A DNA stretch of 63,855 nucleotides, counting the filler. It is 5 parts of 5 records of this genome, joined end to end, with 100 filler letters (N's around TTAATTAATTAA, not from the genome) between each part and the next. Parts side by side here need not be neighbours in the genome. Positions count along the whole stretch, not along the records: positions 1 to 26,976 come from SRR31156797_15634; 4 more parts are not named here. One strand, given 5' to 3'. Under the pieces are notes generated by a model. It worked only from the letters and a program-made list of their open reading frames with translations, searched no databases and was not told the DNA's origin. Position 1 is the stretch's first letter, and every line of letters begins with the position of its first letter. Positions 8,674-20,071 of this stretch are shown here, in pieces. A program made the translations under genes and the position numbers.

Positions 8674-9855
8674 TTATTTGCATTTAGCAACAAAATTACC
8701 TATTCTCTTTAAACCTTCTTTAATTGCTTCTTCGCTGGTTGCATAAGACATTCTGATATACTGTGGTGCACCGAACGCATCACCCGGGACAGCAGCCACT
8801 AAGTCTGTATCAAGAAGCTGTGAAGCAAAGTCTACAGAGTTACTAATTTCATTACCATTTACAGATTTGCCAAATGTTGAGGAGATGTCCACCATTATGT
8901 AGAAAGCTCCCTCTGGTTTAATATAGCTGATACCCTCTGTTTTGTCAATAATACCTAGTGCTAAATCACGACGCTTCTTGAAAGCAGCTTTCATGATAGC
9001 GATGTCATCTGTTTCAATGTTAAGAGCTACTGCAGAAGCATATTGAGCAATACTGTTGGGGCCTGATGTTGTCTGGCTCTGCATGGATGAAATTGCCTTT
9101 GCTACATTTGCAGGTGCAGCTAAATATCCAATTCTCCAGCCCGTCATGGCATAGGTCTTTGATACACCATTTATAATAATTGTTCTTTCCTTCATATCAT
9201 CAAATAACGAAATAGATTTCACATCAATATCTTCATATATCAGCTGATCATAGATTTCATCAGAGATAACATTAATATCATTAGCTTTGCATATGTCTGC
9301 TATTTTTTCCAATACATCATTATGGAACACAACTCCTGTAGGATTTGATGGGTTGTTTAATATCATTGCTGTTGTTTTATCTGTAATCAGATTCTCCATC
9401 GCTTCTAAATCAATTACAAAATTTTCGTCACATGGAACAAGTACAGGTGTACCGCCTGCTAACTTGATAAGCTCTGGATAGCTAACCCAATATGGAACTG
9501 GCAACAGTACTTCATCACCTTCGTTTACTATTGCAGAAAGTGCATTAAACAGTGAGTGCTTCGCACCATTTGATACCACAATGTTACTTGGCTCATATAT
9601 AAGACCTTTTTTTGCAAAATTATCAACAACAGCCTTTTTCAGATCTGGTGTTCCAGCAGCAGGAGTATATTTCGTTATTCCCTTATCAATTGCCTCTTTT
9701 CCTGCATCACAAATATACTTTGGTGTTATGAAGTCAGGCTCACCTACACCAAAGCTGATAACGTCCAATCCCTGTGCCTTAAAAGCTTTTGCCTTTGCAG
9801 TTATCGCCAAGGTAATTGAAGCAGACACCCCTTTGCATCTTTTCGAAATATTCAT
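8674..9855 (-). CDS. class I/II PLP aminotransferase (aspartate aminotransferase-like)
   Basis: GEPDF, NPSNPTG, SDEIY, SKTYAMTGWRIG. Confidence 0.92.
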   Translation of the reverse strand: MNISKRCKGVSASITLAITAKAKAFKAQGLDVISFGVGEPDFITPKYICDAGKEAIDKGITKYTPAAGTPDLKKAVVDNFAKKGLIYEPSNIVVSNGAKHSLFNALSAIVNEGDEVLLPVPYWVSYPELIKLAGGTPVLVPCDENFVIDLEAMENLITDKTTAMILNNPSNPTGVVFHNDVLEKIADICKANDINVISDEIYDQLIYEDIDVKSISLFDDMKERTIIINGVSKTYAMTGWRIGYLAAPANVAKAISSMQSQTTSGPNSIAQYASAVALNIETDDIAIMKAAFKKRRDLALGIIDKTEGISYIKPEGAFYIMVDISSTFGKSVNGNEISNSVDFASQLLDTDLVAAVPGDAFGAPQYIRMSYATSEEAIKEGLKRIGNFVAKCK

Positions 9856-10099
9856 TTATTGTCTCCTTATAATTAGAAATGTTATGCTAGGTATTATTAA
9901 AATATTCCAAAATGAAATATTTGTTACTGCAATCCTGCAATAACGGGTTAAAATAACGGTAAAATAACAATAATTCGGTGCAGCAAACACCGAAATATGA
10001 ATAAAGACAAAGTTAATCTTTCATTGTTTTTAATAATATCAAAAGATTAGTTTTTTTGCAAGGGGATTATGTTATTTTCTACACACTAACTAGTAAATT

Positions 10100-11116
10100 T
10101 CATGTAATAATATCTGCAAATGCGTCTATTTCTTCTTTTTTCGTTGCAAAAGAGCACATCAGTCTAGAAACCTTGCCGTCCTTTGTATCCATATCGTAGA
10201 AAAAGAATTTTTCCTGCAGTTTCTTCTTGATATCATCTCTGAATCTAACAAACACTCCGTTAACTTGTGGAGGATTTATCACATCAACTCCATCAATATC
10301 CTTAATCTTGTTATAGAGATACTGTGCCATTTTATTTGAATGATTAGCATTATCCAGATAAATGTTTTCTTTTAAAAGTGCTGTAAACTGAGTGGAGATG
10401 AATCTCATTTTCGAATGAAGCTGTGTACCATTCTTCCGATAGTACATGAAATCTTCCCCTAAATCTTTATTAAAAAATACTACAGCTTCACCAAACATCA
10501 TACCAGCTTTTGTGCCGCCAAAGGATAGAATGTCCACACCGCAGTCCTTAGTAATTTCTCTTAACCCCTTACCTAGGGCCGCAGTAGCATTGCCTAATCT
10601 GGCACCATCCATATGAACTATCATATCATTACTGTGAGCAAAGTCGCATATTTCTTTTATTTCATCGCAATTATATATAGTGCCTTCCTCCGTAGAATTT
10701 GTAATAGATACAACAAATGGCTGACTGTGATGGAATGTCCCCAAAACAGCTAGATGAGGCTTAATATCATCTACTGTCAGCTTACAGCCCTTGACCTTAC
10801 AGGTTATAATCTTACACCCTGTATACTTTTCTGGCGCACCAGTTTCATCCACAGATATGTGAGAAAATTCAGGTGTTATTACAGCCTGATATGGCTTAAG
10901 AACGCTCCCTAATGCCAGAGTATTAGCACCTGTTCCATTGTACACAAAGTAAACAGATATATTATCTCCAAATACTCCCTTAAATGCTTTTTCAGCTTCC
11001 TCTGTATATTTATCATCGCCATATGACAACACAAAATCAGTATTCGCACTGATTATAGCTTTCATCAGCCTTTCATCTACACCAGCACAATTATCGCTGG
11101 CAAATGTATATTTCAT
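10100..11116 (-). CDS. low-specificity L-threonine aldolase family
   Basis: FASDN, NGTGAN, HMDGAR, SFGGTK; start could be 11128. Confidence 0.88.
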   Translation of the reverse strand: MKYTFASDNCAGVDERLMKAIISANTDFVLSYGDDKYTEEAEKAFKGVFGDNISVYFVYNGTGANTLALGSVLKPYQAVITPEFSHISVDETGAPEKYTGCKIITCKVKGCKLTVDDIKPHLAVLGTFHHSQPFVVSITNSTEEGTIYNCDEIKEICDFAHSNDMIVHMDGARLGNATAALGKGLREITKDCGVDILSFGGTKAGMMFGEAVVFFNKDLGEDFMYYRKNGTQLHSKMRFISTQFTALLKENIYLDNANHSNKMAQYLYNKIKDIDGVDVINPPQVNGVFVRFRDDIKKKLQEKFFFYDMDTKDGKVSRLMCSFATKKEEIDAFADIIT

Positions 11117-11133
11117 ATCTCTCTCCATTTTAT

Positions 11134-11427
11134 CTACAGGGTAATTATTACCTTTTTCTTTGGTCCTTCGCCTAATTCCTCATTGTATCCCCACACCAAA
11201 ATCTCATACTTGCCTTTAGGCGCAATCATCGGTATTTTCCCTGAAATCTTAAATGTATTGTTCCCAACAGGAGTCAGCTTTTGCTTAGCATTAAATCTTT
11301 TTAGATATGCAATGCAATATGATACATCTCCATTTGTTTCAGTAAACGAAACCACTGCTTCGTTGGATTTGCCTTTTCTAATCTGCGGTTGTGTAATTTT
11401 AATATCCATTTTGTATGTAAAACCCAT
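11134..11427 (-). CDS. hypothetical beta-rich protein
   Basis: Sits tightly within the operon; GAGGA RBS. Confidence 0.6.
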   Translation of the reverse strand: MGFTYKMDIKITQPQIRKGKSNEAVVSFTETNGDVSYCIAYLKRFNAKQKLTPVGNNTFKISGKIPMIAPKGKYEILVWGYNEELGEGPKKKVIITL

Positions 11428-11428
11428 C

Positions 11429-11746
11429 TTATTCCTCATTTCTATTATGATAATCGCTTAAGTGATATTTGCTGCCATCTTTTTCTCTGTCAATAAAATA
11501 CGCTTCATACAGATCCCTGCGAATTGTAACGTAATCCGAATAAATAGGTATTATTATTTCATTGACTTCCTTTTCAGTATACTCTCTCCCCTGTTCAAAT
11601 TCTCCAGCAATGACGTATAGTACTGCTGCTTTATTTTTCATTTTACGAGAATAGTTATTAAGCCTCAGTGGGTTAAAGCTGGAAAATTGATTTTTTGCTA
11701 TTATTTTTATTTCCTCTTCTGTAATATCTATGCCTAATATCTTCAT
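11429..11746 (-). CDS. DUF2087-family protein
   Basis: FEQGREYTEKEVNEII...DYVTIRRDLYE...REKDGSKY. Confidence 0.8.
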   Translation of the reverse strand: MKILGIDITEEEIKIIAKNQFSSFNPLRLNNYSRKMKNKAAVLYVIAGEFEQGREYTEKEVNEIIIPIYSDYVTIRRDLYEAYFIDREKDGSKYHLSDYHNRNEE

Positions 11747-11774
11747 AATATTTCCTTTCTACTTTCTAAAAGGA

Positions 11775-14129
11775 TTATATCATACTGCCCCAAAATGCAA
11801 CAAGGCTTTCTCGTACATCTTCCTCGTCATCAACATAGACAATGGGCTGCCATATATCGGGCATCATCTCTATATAATGAGGCTGTGCAAGTCGTCTATC
11901 AATTAGAAGAACCGCACCTTTATCATTCTCTGTTCGCACTACACGCCCTACAGATTGTAGTACTTTATTAAATCCAGGGAATATATATGCGTATGCTATA
12001 CCGCTCTCTTCATTCTCATCATGATATGAGCGAATCATATTTCCTTCCAAGCTAATCATAGGAAATCCAGTGCCTACAACAACAGCACCTATCAGCCTAT
12101 TACCTGCTAAGTCAATTCCCTCGGAGAACATACCACCCATTACAGCAAAAGCAATCATATGAGAATCGGATTCGCTGAACAACTCTATAAAAGCCTCCTG
12201 CTCATCTGCTGTCATTCCCTTTTGCTGCTTTGGTGCAAAAATATCATCATAAAGCGCAGTAAATAGATTATGAGCTTTCTCCATGTAAGCATACGATGGA
12301 AAAAATGCAAGATAATTACCCCGCCTCACTTTAGCAAATTCATATATCATAGAGACAACATTTCTCATACTGCTGTCTCTGTTCTTATACTCTATGCTAT
12401 TGGTGGCATTGAGCATTACGTGAAGATTATCCCTGTCAAAAGGAGAAGCTAACTGCTTTGTAGCAAAATCATTTTCTGTCTGCAGCAGTCTGGCGTAGTA
12501 CCCAGCAGGAGTCAAGCTGGCAGAAAAAAACACAGTATTATTACTCACCTTGTGGCATTCACTCAGCCTATTACTGGGATCCATACAGAATATCCTGAAT
12601 GTAAGTACATTATCCATCAGTATAGAATAACTGATATATGCATCATCTATTCTTGAAATTGTATAGAGGAATCCTTTAATATCATAATAGCAGTCTATTA
12701 CATTCTTGGTATATAATTTTTGCTCTGGCACATTTACTATTGCTTCACAGTGTTTCGTAAAATCCATAAGTTCAGTGATAAAATCACTATCAAATACATC
12801 TACAATTCTGTACGAAAGACCAATGGACTTTAGATTATTAATTTCTACGTCAAAAAAATCCAGCAAAATAGATGCACTGGTAGAAATTTTTTCAGTTATA
12901 GGGTTTATATCATTGGCAATGGCAATTAACAAATCATTTAGCATCTTGCTGTTTATTGTACTTGAATACATTTCACGAGCTCTTCCAACTAAGTTGTGCG
13001 CTTCATCAACCAATATAGTATACTGCCCACGTTCATTGAAGAATCTCTTCAGCTTTGCTCTAGGGTCATATACATTGTTGTAATCGCAGATAATAATATC
13101 TGCTTGAGTAGCAATATCCAAGGACAACTCAAAAGGACAGAGACTATATTTATTTGCAAGACTTAATATGCTTTCATAATTATGATGAACATTATAGTCA
13201 ATCTCATCCATTGCCATCTGAACCCTGTCAAAATATCCCCTCGCTCTGTAGCATATACTTGGATGACAGTTAAAGACTTTCTGCGGGCAGGATTTTTCCT
13301 TGGCTGTCAGGGTTATACTTTTTATCTTCAACCCCTTACTCCTCAGTGTCTCTATTGCACCAACTGCTATGTTTTTAATAGTAGTTTTAGAGCTTAAGTA
13401 AAATACTTTATCAATATCTAAATACGCCATTGCTTTTATAGCGGGATAAAGTGCAGCTAATGTCTTACCAATACCAGTAGGAGCTTCGACAAACAGACTC
13501 TTTCCTTTCATACAGGACTTATACACAAGGCTTGCCATATCCTTTTGTCCCAGACGATATGCTTTATACGGGAATTTCATCTCCTTTACAGACAAATTCC
13601 TCACATTAATATTGTGCTGATGCTGTTCAAATCTATTTACAATCAGATTAAGATTATCAAAGAACCAGTCGAGAATTTCATCCTTTGTAAAGGAGTAAGG
13701 GAAAATGATGGTACTGCCGCTATCATACTGAATATACGTAATCTGACCATTAATGTTTTGAATATCGTGTTTTAGCACATACATAGCACAATAAGTCTGC
13801 ATCTGGAGCATATGACTTCGCTCAGGATGTTTCTTTGGCTTTTCATCAAAAAGCGTTTTTAATTCTTCAATCAGTACAACATCACCAGATGCATCAACAA
13901 TATCTGCTCGTCCTTTTATCTCCAAAATTATAGAATTACTCTGCTGAGAGTAGCTTAATGGAACTTCCACCTGATGCTTTGATGCATTTTGAGCATTTAT
14001 ATGTACTTCAGTCCCCATCTGCATTAGTGATACATTATGTACTCCGCTTAACAAATCTCCGCCTCTGGTAATCATATCTACAAACTGGTGAACTGAAATG
14101 GAATATGTCTTTTTTGAGGGTATTTTCAT
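11775..14129 (-). CDS. Fe-S DinG/XPD-family helicase with N-terminal PD-(D/E)XK nuclease domain
   Basis: GRADIV..IEELKT and QMQTY nuclease motifs; APTGIGKT, Fe-S cysteines, VDEAH, QSVGRVVR. Confidence 0.88.
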   Translation of the reverse strand: MKIPSKKTYSISVHQFVDMITRGGDLLSGVHNVSLMQMGTEVHINAQNASKHQVEVPLSYSQQSNSIILEIKGRADIVDASGDVVLIEELKTLFDEKPKKHPERSHMLQMQTYCAMYVLKHDIQNINGQITYIQYDSGSTIIFPYSFTKDEILDWFFDNLNLIVNRFEQHQHNINVRNLSVKEMKFPYKAYRLGQKDMASLVYKSCMKGKSLFVEAPTGIGKTLAALYPAIKAMAYLDIDKVFYLSSKTTIKNIAVGAIETLRSKGLKIKSITLTAKEKSCPQKVFNCHPSICYRARGYFDRVQMAMDEIDYNVHHNYESILSLANKYSLCPFELSLDIATQADIIICDYNNVYDPRAKLKRFFNERGQYTILVDEAHNLVGRAREMYSSTINSKMLNDLLIAIANDINPITEKISTSASILLDFFDVEINNLKSIGLSYRIVDVFDSDFITELMDFTKHCEAIVNVPEQKLYTKNVIDCYYDIKGFLYTISRIDDAYISYSILMDNVLTFRIFCMDPSNRLSECHKVSNNTVFFSASLTPAGYYARLLQTENDFATKQLASPFDRDNLHVMLNATNSIEYKNRDSSMRNVVSMIYEFAKVRRGNYLAFFPSYAYMEKAHNLFTALYDDIFAPKQQKGMTADEQEAFIELFSESDSHMIAFAVMGGMFSEGIDLAGNRLIGAVVVGTGFPMISLEGNMIRSYHDENEESGIAYAYIFPGFNKVLQSVGRVVRTENDKGAVLLIDRRLAQPHYIEMMPDIWQPIVYVDDEEDVRESLVAFWGSMI

Positions 14130-14313
14130 CCTTAATATTATAACACAATCTAGAATAAGTTTAATAATAAATAAGGTTTCATTAAGATACATCTTTTTGA
14201 AAAAGAGTATATGCATTTTTTATCGCAAAGGAAAATTGCATAAGCTAAAGACAACTTTCATATTTACTAATACTATGTGATGTGTTAACATAGCATGAAT
14301 ATTGGAGAAAAAG

Positions 14314-15036
14314 ATGAAAGAAATGACTGTAAAAAAGAAAATAGCTATGCCAAGAATAGTGTATTATTCAATTGGACTGCTATTTGTATCTATGGGTATA
14401 TCAACTATGCTGACAACTCGCTTAGGGATGGCACCTACATCATCATTGCCAGTAACTATATATGAAGTAATGCAATTATTTACTGCCGGTAGATGGGTAA
14501 CGATTTTGCATATTGGATTTGTAATCAGTGCAATAGCAGTAAGCAAAAAGGTCAGATTGTCTCATGTGTTATCCTTTGTGACTGTAGTATTATTAGGATA
14601 TTTGATTGATTTATTTGAAATTATAATAACACCTCTTATACCAGAAGGATTACTAATACGTTTGATAATTGTCTTAGTCTCCTGTGTAGTTATTTCTATT
14701 GGTGCATCGTTTTTGCTGCTTAGCGAATATCCTCCAATACCTGATTTACTGCTGTTTAAGGAAATAGAGAAACGATATAGTTTTCCTGTAGGCAGAGCAA
14801 AATTAATAACCGACGTATCCTGTGTTGTGATAGCATCAGTGCTGTCATATTTTGTTCTTCATGAATTCGTACACATAGGTATTGGCACTGTAATCAGTGC
14901 TTTGATATTAGGCACTCTTATCACTAAAGCCAAGCCTTTCATAGGCAGGCACTTCACTAATACTGAAAGCAAATCAAAAAAGAGCCTAGTATCAATGCTA
15001 GACTACAATCTGATAGATGTTTTAGCAAAAAAGTAA
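14314..15036 (+). CDS. YczE/YyaS/YitT-family membrane protein
   Basis: Two hydrophobic repeats, LGMAPTSSLP, IGIGTVISALILG; start uncertain. Confidence 0.75.
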   Translation: MKEMTVKKKIAMPRIVYYSIGLLFVSMGISTMLTTRLGMAPTSSLPVTIYEVMQLFTAGRWVTILHIGFVISAIAVSKKVRLSHVLSFVTVVLLGYLIDLFEIIITPLIPEGLLIRLIIVLVSCVVISIGASFLLLSEYPPIPDLLLFKEIEKRYSFPVGRAKLITDVSCVVIASVLSYFVLHEFVHIGIGTVISALILGTLITKAKPFIGRHFTNTESKSKKSLVSMLDYNLIDVLAKK

Positions 15037-15041
15037 ATTAA

Positions 15042-15374
15042 TTAGATTACATCAAAATCTATTGTTACTGAGTATTTATCAATATCAACAATACGCATTG
15101 CTTTAACAGACGTAACCTTACCAGCTTTATTAGGCTTCAGATGAGATTTAACATAAGCATTCATTTTTACGCCTAGTTCAATGGTCTCATTAAGTGTGAC
15201 AGGGTATTCGATAGAAACACCAGCACCGCCATATCCTGAGGAAATAGACTTTATCAATACCATAACCCAGCCATCTTCTGTTTTTTTGGCATATTCAAAA
15301 GTATAGAGATGATTTGAAGCTATATCCGGAACATTCATTAGCACATTGTCACCCATAAAATATTTGTTTTCCAT
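15042..15374 (-). CDS. hypothetical protein
   Basis: 110-aa ORF with a strong AGGAGG RBS. Confidence 0.7.
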   Translation of the reverse strand: MENKYFMGDNVLMNVPDIASNHLYTFEYAKKTEDGWVMVLIKSISSGYGGAGVSIEYPVTLNETIELGVKMNAYVKSHLKPNKAGKVTSVKAMRIVDIDKYSVTIDFDVI

Positions 15375-15448
15375 AACTACCTCCTTTAATTACTATAAAT
15401 AATAACATAATATGTAAATAAAAATTGTAAAATCCAGCGGAAATATAC

Positions 15449-16810
15449 TTAATCTTTACTCATTAATTCAATTTCTTGATTTAGCTTTCTATATGATGGT
15501 ACAAAAATTATTGCCGATAGAATAACAGTTAGGGCATCAGCAGTAAACTGAGAAAATACTATTCCGTCCAATCCAAAGAATATAGGAAGTATAAGAACAG
15601 CAGATATGAGGAATATCCCTTGTCTGCTTAGAGAAAGCACCATAGCAGGAAAAGCCTTTCCTATCGCCTGATAGTATATAGCGATAACATTCGTAACGCT
15701 CATCATAATAAGGCTAAGAGCATAGGCAAGGTTAAAGTAAAGAGTAAGCTTCATGACTTCATCACTAGGTCTGTAAATTTGGTAAATAAAATCATCAAAG
15801 AACACAAAAATCAAAAAAGATGTAAAGGCAATTAGGAAGCTGGCCTTTATGGTAAAGTGCAGACTTTGTTTTATTCTCTTTGGGTTATTCATTCCTTTAG
15901 CGTATCCTGCTATGGGCTGGAAACCCTGAGCCAGACCAAACAAAACATACATCACGAAAAAAACAGTCTTTGATACTAAACCGAATGCAGCAATAGCAAC
16001 ATTTCCCCCATAGTATCCTGCCCCTTTATTCATCAGTGCTATAGCAACTGATGTTAATACCTGTCTCATAAAAGTAGGCAGTCCGATTTTAAGAGTTTCG
16101 CCGAACAATGACCGTGACATACATATATACTTAAATGATAAATGTAAAAGTGCACGTTTCTTAACATAGTGACTGGTTAAAATAATGCTGGTAACAGCTT
16201 TTGAAATAGTAGTAGCTATAGCAGCACCGGTAATGCCCATATCAAATACAAAAATAAATATTGGATCAAGTATTATGTTCAGAACTGCGCCAATTGACTG
16301 ACCAATCATGGAATAATTTCCGCTGCCCTCAGCACGAAGTGAGTTATTTAATATCATATTAAGTATCTGGAAGGTTGCACCTAAGGCAATATAAATACCA
16401 TAGTCTCTTGCCAAATCCATAAACTCATCCATTGCACCGAATGCTCTTAGAACAGGGTCAATAAAAATGATAATTATTATAGTAAATACTATGCCGATTA
16501 TTATTCCAACTGCGTAATTGCTGGATACTACCTGCTTCGCTTTTTCTACTTCCTTTTGTCCCAATAAGCGAGATATATACGAGCCTCCGCCTATGCCAAA
16601 GCATAAGCCTATTGCACCAATTAACATAGTTACAGGGAATACAACCTGCGTAGCACTGACTGCTTCCTGACTAATCCAAGATACAAACATTGTGTCCACA
16701 ATATTATATATAGCTATTGTCAGCAGACCAATTATTGCAGGCATTGCCATCTTTATTATCCCCTTACCGACAGGAAAATCTCTTAATATTACTATCCGTT
16801 TATCATCCAT
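15449..16810 (-). CDS. MATE-family efflux transporter (MepA-like)
   Basis: YNIVDTMF, LRAEG, NIILDPIFIF, GAAIAT. Confidence 0.92.
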   Translation of the reverse strand: MDDKRIVILRDFPVGKGIIKMAMPAIIGLLTIAIYNIVDTMFVSWISQEAVSATQVVFPVTMLIGAIGLCFGIGGGSYISRLLGQKEVEKAKQVVSSNYAVGIIIGIVFTIIIIIFIDPVLRAFGAMDEFMDLARDYGIYIALGATFQILNMILNNSLRAEGSGNYSMIGQSIGAVLNIILDPIFIFVFDMGITGAAIATTISKAVTSIILTSHYVKKRALLHLSFKYICMSRSLFGETLKIGLPTFMRQVLTSVAIALMNKGAGYYGGNVAIAAFGLVSKTVFFVMYVLFGLAQGFQPIAGYAKGMNNPKRIKQSLHFTIKASFLIAFTSFLIFVFFDDFIYQIYRPSDEVMKLTLYFNLAYALSLIMMSVTNVIAIYYQAIGKAFPAMVLSLSRQGIFLISAVLILPIFFGLDGIVFSQFTADALTVILSAIIFVPSYRKLNQEIELMSKD

Positions 16811-16913
16811 ATTTAATCCCTTTATATAAAAATTACTCCTACGATTATAACACATATATTAAAAAAGCACCTGCTCATCATTGAACAAGTGCTTAACTAT
16901 ATACTTAGACCTT

Positions 16914-17600
16914 TCACCTAGACGGTGATGGCATGTACGGAATAATATTTTGTGCGAATTTTGCAATAGTCATAGTCTGAAGCCATATATCTCCGGGACC
17001 TGTGGCAGTTGCAATAAACAGACCTTCGCCGCCTAAAGCTATATTTTTTAGCCCTTTTACTGTTGCAATATCAATTGTTACACTAGGTGAGTGCATCGCT
17101 ATATGACCGGGATCTATCTTTAGCTGTTGTCCTTGCTGGAGGGTATAGTGAATCGGACAACCGTCAATTTCTAAGAATACCCAGCCAGGACCTACGAATT
17201 TCTGCATAATAAATCCTTCGCCGCCGAAAAAGCCCACGCCAATATTTTTTCTGAGATGAATGGATATTTCAACCGTACTCTCTGCACATAGGAATGATTT
17301 CTTCTGAGCAATAAGTGCTTCGCCTGAGTCTAGCTGCTTCGCATATATTTTACCGGGAAAAGATGACGGACATGCAATTATCCCTGTATTCGATGAGTTG
17401 TTTGTGTATTTGTTTAGAAACAGAGATTCACCTGATGCCATTCTACCAATGCTCTTCATTAGTCCGCCTTGTGCCTTTGTGTCCATAGAAAGATTCGGTG
17501 ACATCCAGCCCATGCCGCCTCTCTCCATTACGAGAGTTTCTCCTGGGTCTAGTGTAATTAATGCAACCTGTAGTTCATCACCTTTAATTTCATGTTTCAT
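16914..17600 (-). CDS. TIGR00266 / AIM24-family protein
   Basis: SGESLFLN, FFGGEGFIMQK, LGGEGLF, GPGDIWLQT. Confidence 0.88.
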   Translation of the reverse strand: MKHEIKGDELQVALITLDPGETLVMERGGMGWMSPNLSMDTKAQGGLMKSIGRMASGESLFLNKYTNNSSNTGIIACPSSFPGKIYAKQLDSGEALIAQKKSFLCAESTVEISIHLRKNIGVGFFGGEGFIMQKFVGPGWVFLEIDGCPIHYTLQQGQQLKIDPGHIAMHSPSVTIDIATVKGLKNIALGGEGLFIATATGPGDIWLQTMTIAKFAQNIIPYMPSPSR

Positions 17601-17664
17601 AGTATTCCCCCTTAATTTTATCATGTCAATTATACCAATCAGTATCGATTAAGTAAATACACCC

Positions 17665-19968
17665 TTATGTAGCAACTCGAATCTTCCAGTCATCACGTCG
17701 TTTATTGCGTCTGCTGTAGTTAATAGGAAGCTGTATTTTTGCAGTGATGATTGTGACATCATCATCAACTTCCTGATTCTCGTTAAGCATTAACCTTGGA
17801 AGCTTTTTGATAGGAGTGTTATTCTCAAAGAGTGCAGTATCCAACGTGCTTTCGTCGAATCCATCACTGGTTAGTATTACAACATCCCCGGGGAATGCCT
17901 CCCTGACTATACAGGCGCACTCAGTACTCTCTAGTATCCCTAATGGTATAGATGGTGATTGAATCTTGATAAATTCTCCATGACGATAAATAAATGACGG
18001 CGGTGCACCAACTTTTAGGAACCGATATTCCTTATCAATAGGATTTATTATGCAGGCATCAAGTGCTGCGAATATCTCTGTACCCGAACGCAGAAGCAGT
18101 GCCTTATTTATTATATTAAATACTGTGTTCTCATCAAAACCAGTATTCAAAAATTGACGCAGTAATTCAAGAGCTGACTTTGCCTCCAGATTTGCCCTAG
18201 CTCCAGAACCCATACCATCAGCTACGGCTAATAGGTGCGCACCTCCAACCAACTGAGTCATAGCAAATGCATCACCGGAAACATGTCCGCCCTTAGCTCT
18301 TTGTGCCACAGAATAATAAACCTCTAACCCCTCAACAGGCACGATAGATACAGAACAGTTGCTGGATATGCTTCCGCAGTGGCGAGCCTTAATTATATGT
18401 TTTGTACCTGTCGCTTCGCTGATTCTCTGAGCAATCATCTTGCAGTTGCCTACTTTACCGCATGATTTACATCTTACAACGTACTGTCCACGGCTTTCAT
18501 TAATCGGAAAGACAATATTTTTGAACGAGGACAAGGATTTGTAAACCTTTTCATTAGTGTTTAAATAATTATCTGAAATGTCATTTGACATTTCTTTGAG
18601 TATAACAGAGCCTCCTGCAAGGTGAGAAGATATCAACTCCTTAGTTTCTGCTACCCTTTTTGATACTGATGTATGCATCTTATACAAATTGTAAGTATCA
18701 CTAATTGCCTGCAACAGTTTAGTCAGTCTTTTGCAGTCTTTCATATGACTGTTATAAATAATACTTGTATCAGGAGATGTATGCTCGTCCCAATTGGAGA
18801 TAACTTTCCCCAATACTCTATATGTGTTATAGATATCCTTTTCCCAGCAGGTTTTCTCCATTTCGCAGTCTTTGCAGCATCGCAAATTTATTTCCTGCAG
18901 AAGTTTTGCATTGTCATCGCTCAACGATGTCTTTACAATTGCAACATCGTTGAATACATTTTTAAGCACATTAAGGCATTCAGAAAGTTCCATTACCTGT
19001 TTTGCAGTTGCGTCAATATTCCTCCATCTGGTAATCTTTTCACCAATTACCAGCTGTTTGCTCAGCTTGTATATCAAACTATTTGGCAAAAGAAGCCCGC
19101 ATAGCAGACAAAAAGCCATGCTCTGCCAATTCATCAAGTAAAAAATATCATGAGCATACAGCATGGACACCATTATTATACAGAAGATAAACAAGCTGGT
19201 AACAATATACTTACCGTAATCAGTAAACATACCAGATATCAATCCGCAGACTACCAGCATTGCACCAACTTCAATATCACCGCTTCCAGACAAGACTATA
19301 CTGACACAGACTATAGCACCTGCACCAGCTGCGTATGGAGCTCCAAGAGACACAGCACACGCAATAATCAACACAGAGGACAAGATTATCATTGGAGATA
19401 TCTCATATGACGGAAGAGGTTTAAACGCACTTAAAAGCAGTATAATTGAGCTTATAATCATTATCAGATTAGGTTTAATATCCTTTAATTTTAAGCTGTC
19501 ATAGGCCTTTGTAAAACAGTACCCGATTCCAGTTAATACAATTGAAGCCAGCGCAAAAACAACTATACTTAAATAGCTTATTTCATCGGTAAATAATATT
19601 GGCAGTCTGGTTATTATTGCTATCGTAATAGTAGTTTTAAAATCCGGCTGGTAATTTATCTTTTTAAGCACAAACAAAATCGTAAAGCAAAGAATTTCAG
19701 GAATTATCTCAACAGGAACTATACTACCAGTATTTAATGTCAGCTTACCTAATGTTGCTCCCAAGAACGACATAAACAGATATGGTGTATTGCTAAGGGC
19801 TGCTATATATCCTAATCCTCCTATTGCGATATTATCCAGCAAAACTATCCTGCCTGCTAATACCCCTATAAGAGCAAATATTATCTGATAGATAGATTTC
19901 CTAAGAAATGTTTGTCTAGGTATTGTTCCAGTGTTTTTTACAAATTGATTTTGATTATTTACGCTCAT
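17665..19968 (-). CDS. spoIIE: SpoIIE-like membrane PP2C phosphatase
   Basis: Multi-TM N-terminus, CxxCxxxxxCW motif, VSGD, ADGMGSG, KVGAPPSF, TSDG, DDVT. Confidence 0.75.
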   Translation of the reverse strand: MSVNNQNQFVKNTGTIPRQTFLRKSIYQIIFALIGVLAGRIVLLDNIAIGGLGYIAALSNTPYLFMSFLGATLGKLTLNTGSIVPVEIIPEILCFTILFVLKKINYQPDFKTTITIAIITRLPILFTDEISYLSIVVFALASIVLTGIGYCFTKAYDSLKLKDIKPNLIMIISSIILLLSAFKPLPSYEISPMIILSSVLIIACAVSLGAPYAAGAGAIVCVSIVLSGSGDIEVGAMLVVCGLISGMFTDYGKYIVTSLFIFCIIMVSMLYAHDIFYLMNWQSMAFCLLCGLLLPNSLIYKLSKQLVIGEKITRWRNIDATAKQVMELSECLNVLKNVFNDVAIVKTSLSDDNAKLLQEINLRCCKDCEMEKTCWEKDIYNTYRVLGKVISNWDEHTSPDTSIIYNSHMKDCKRLTKLLQAISDTYNLYKMHTSVSKRVAETKELISSHLAGGSVILKEMSNDISDNYLNTNEKVYKSLSSFKNIVFPINESRGQYVVRCKSCGKVGNCKMIAQRISEATGTKHIIKARHCGSISSNCSVSIVPVEGLEVYYSVAQRAKGGHVSGDAFAMTQLVGGAHLLAVADGMGSGARANLEAKSALELLRQFLNTGFDENTVFNIINKALLLRSGTEIFAALDACIINPIDKEYRFLKVGAPPSFIYRHGEFIKIQSPSIPLGILESTECACIVREAFPGDVVILTSDGFDESTLDTALFENNTPIKKLPRLMLNENQEVDDDVTIITAKIQLPINYSRRNKRRDDWKIRVAT

Positions 19969-20071
19969 AAAAGCCCCCAATACTATAAACAATATTATAG
20001 AAAATTGCGGATAAATATTATGTCGACTAATGAATACTGTATATTAAGAAAATCAACGAAGATATTAATAT

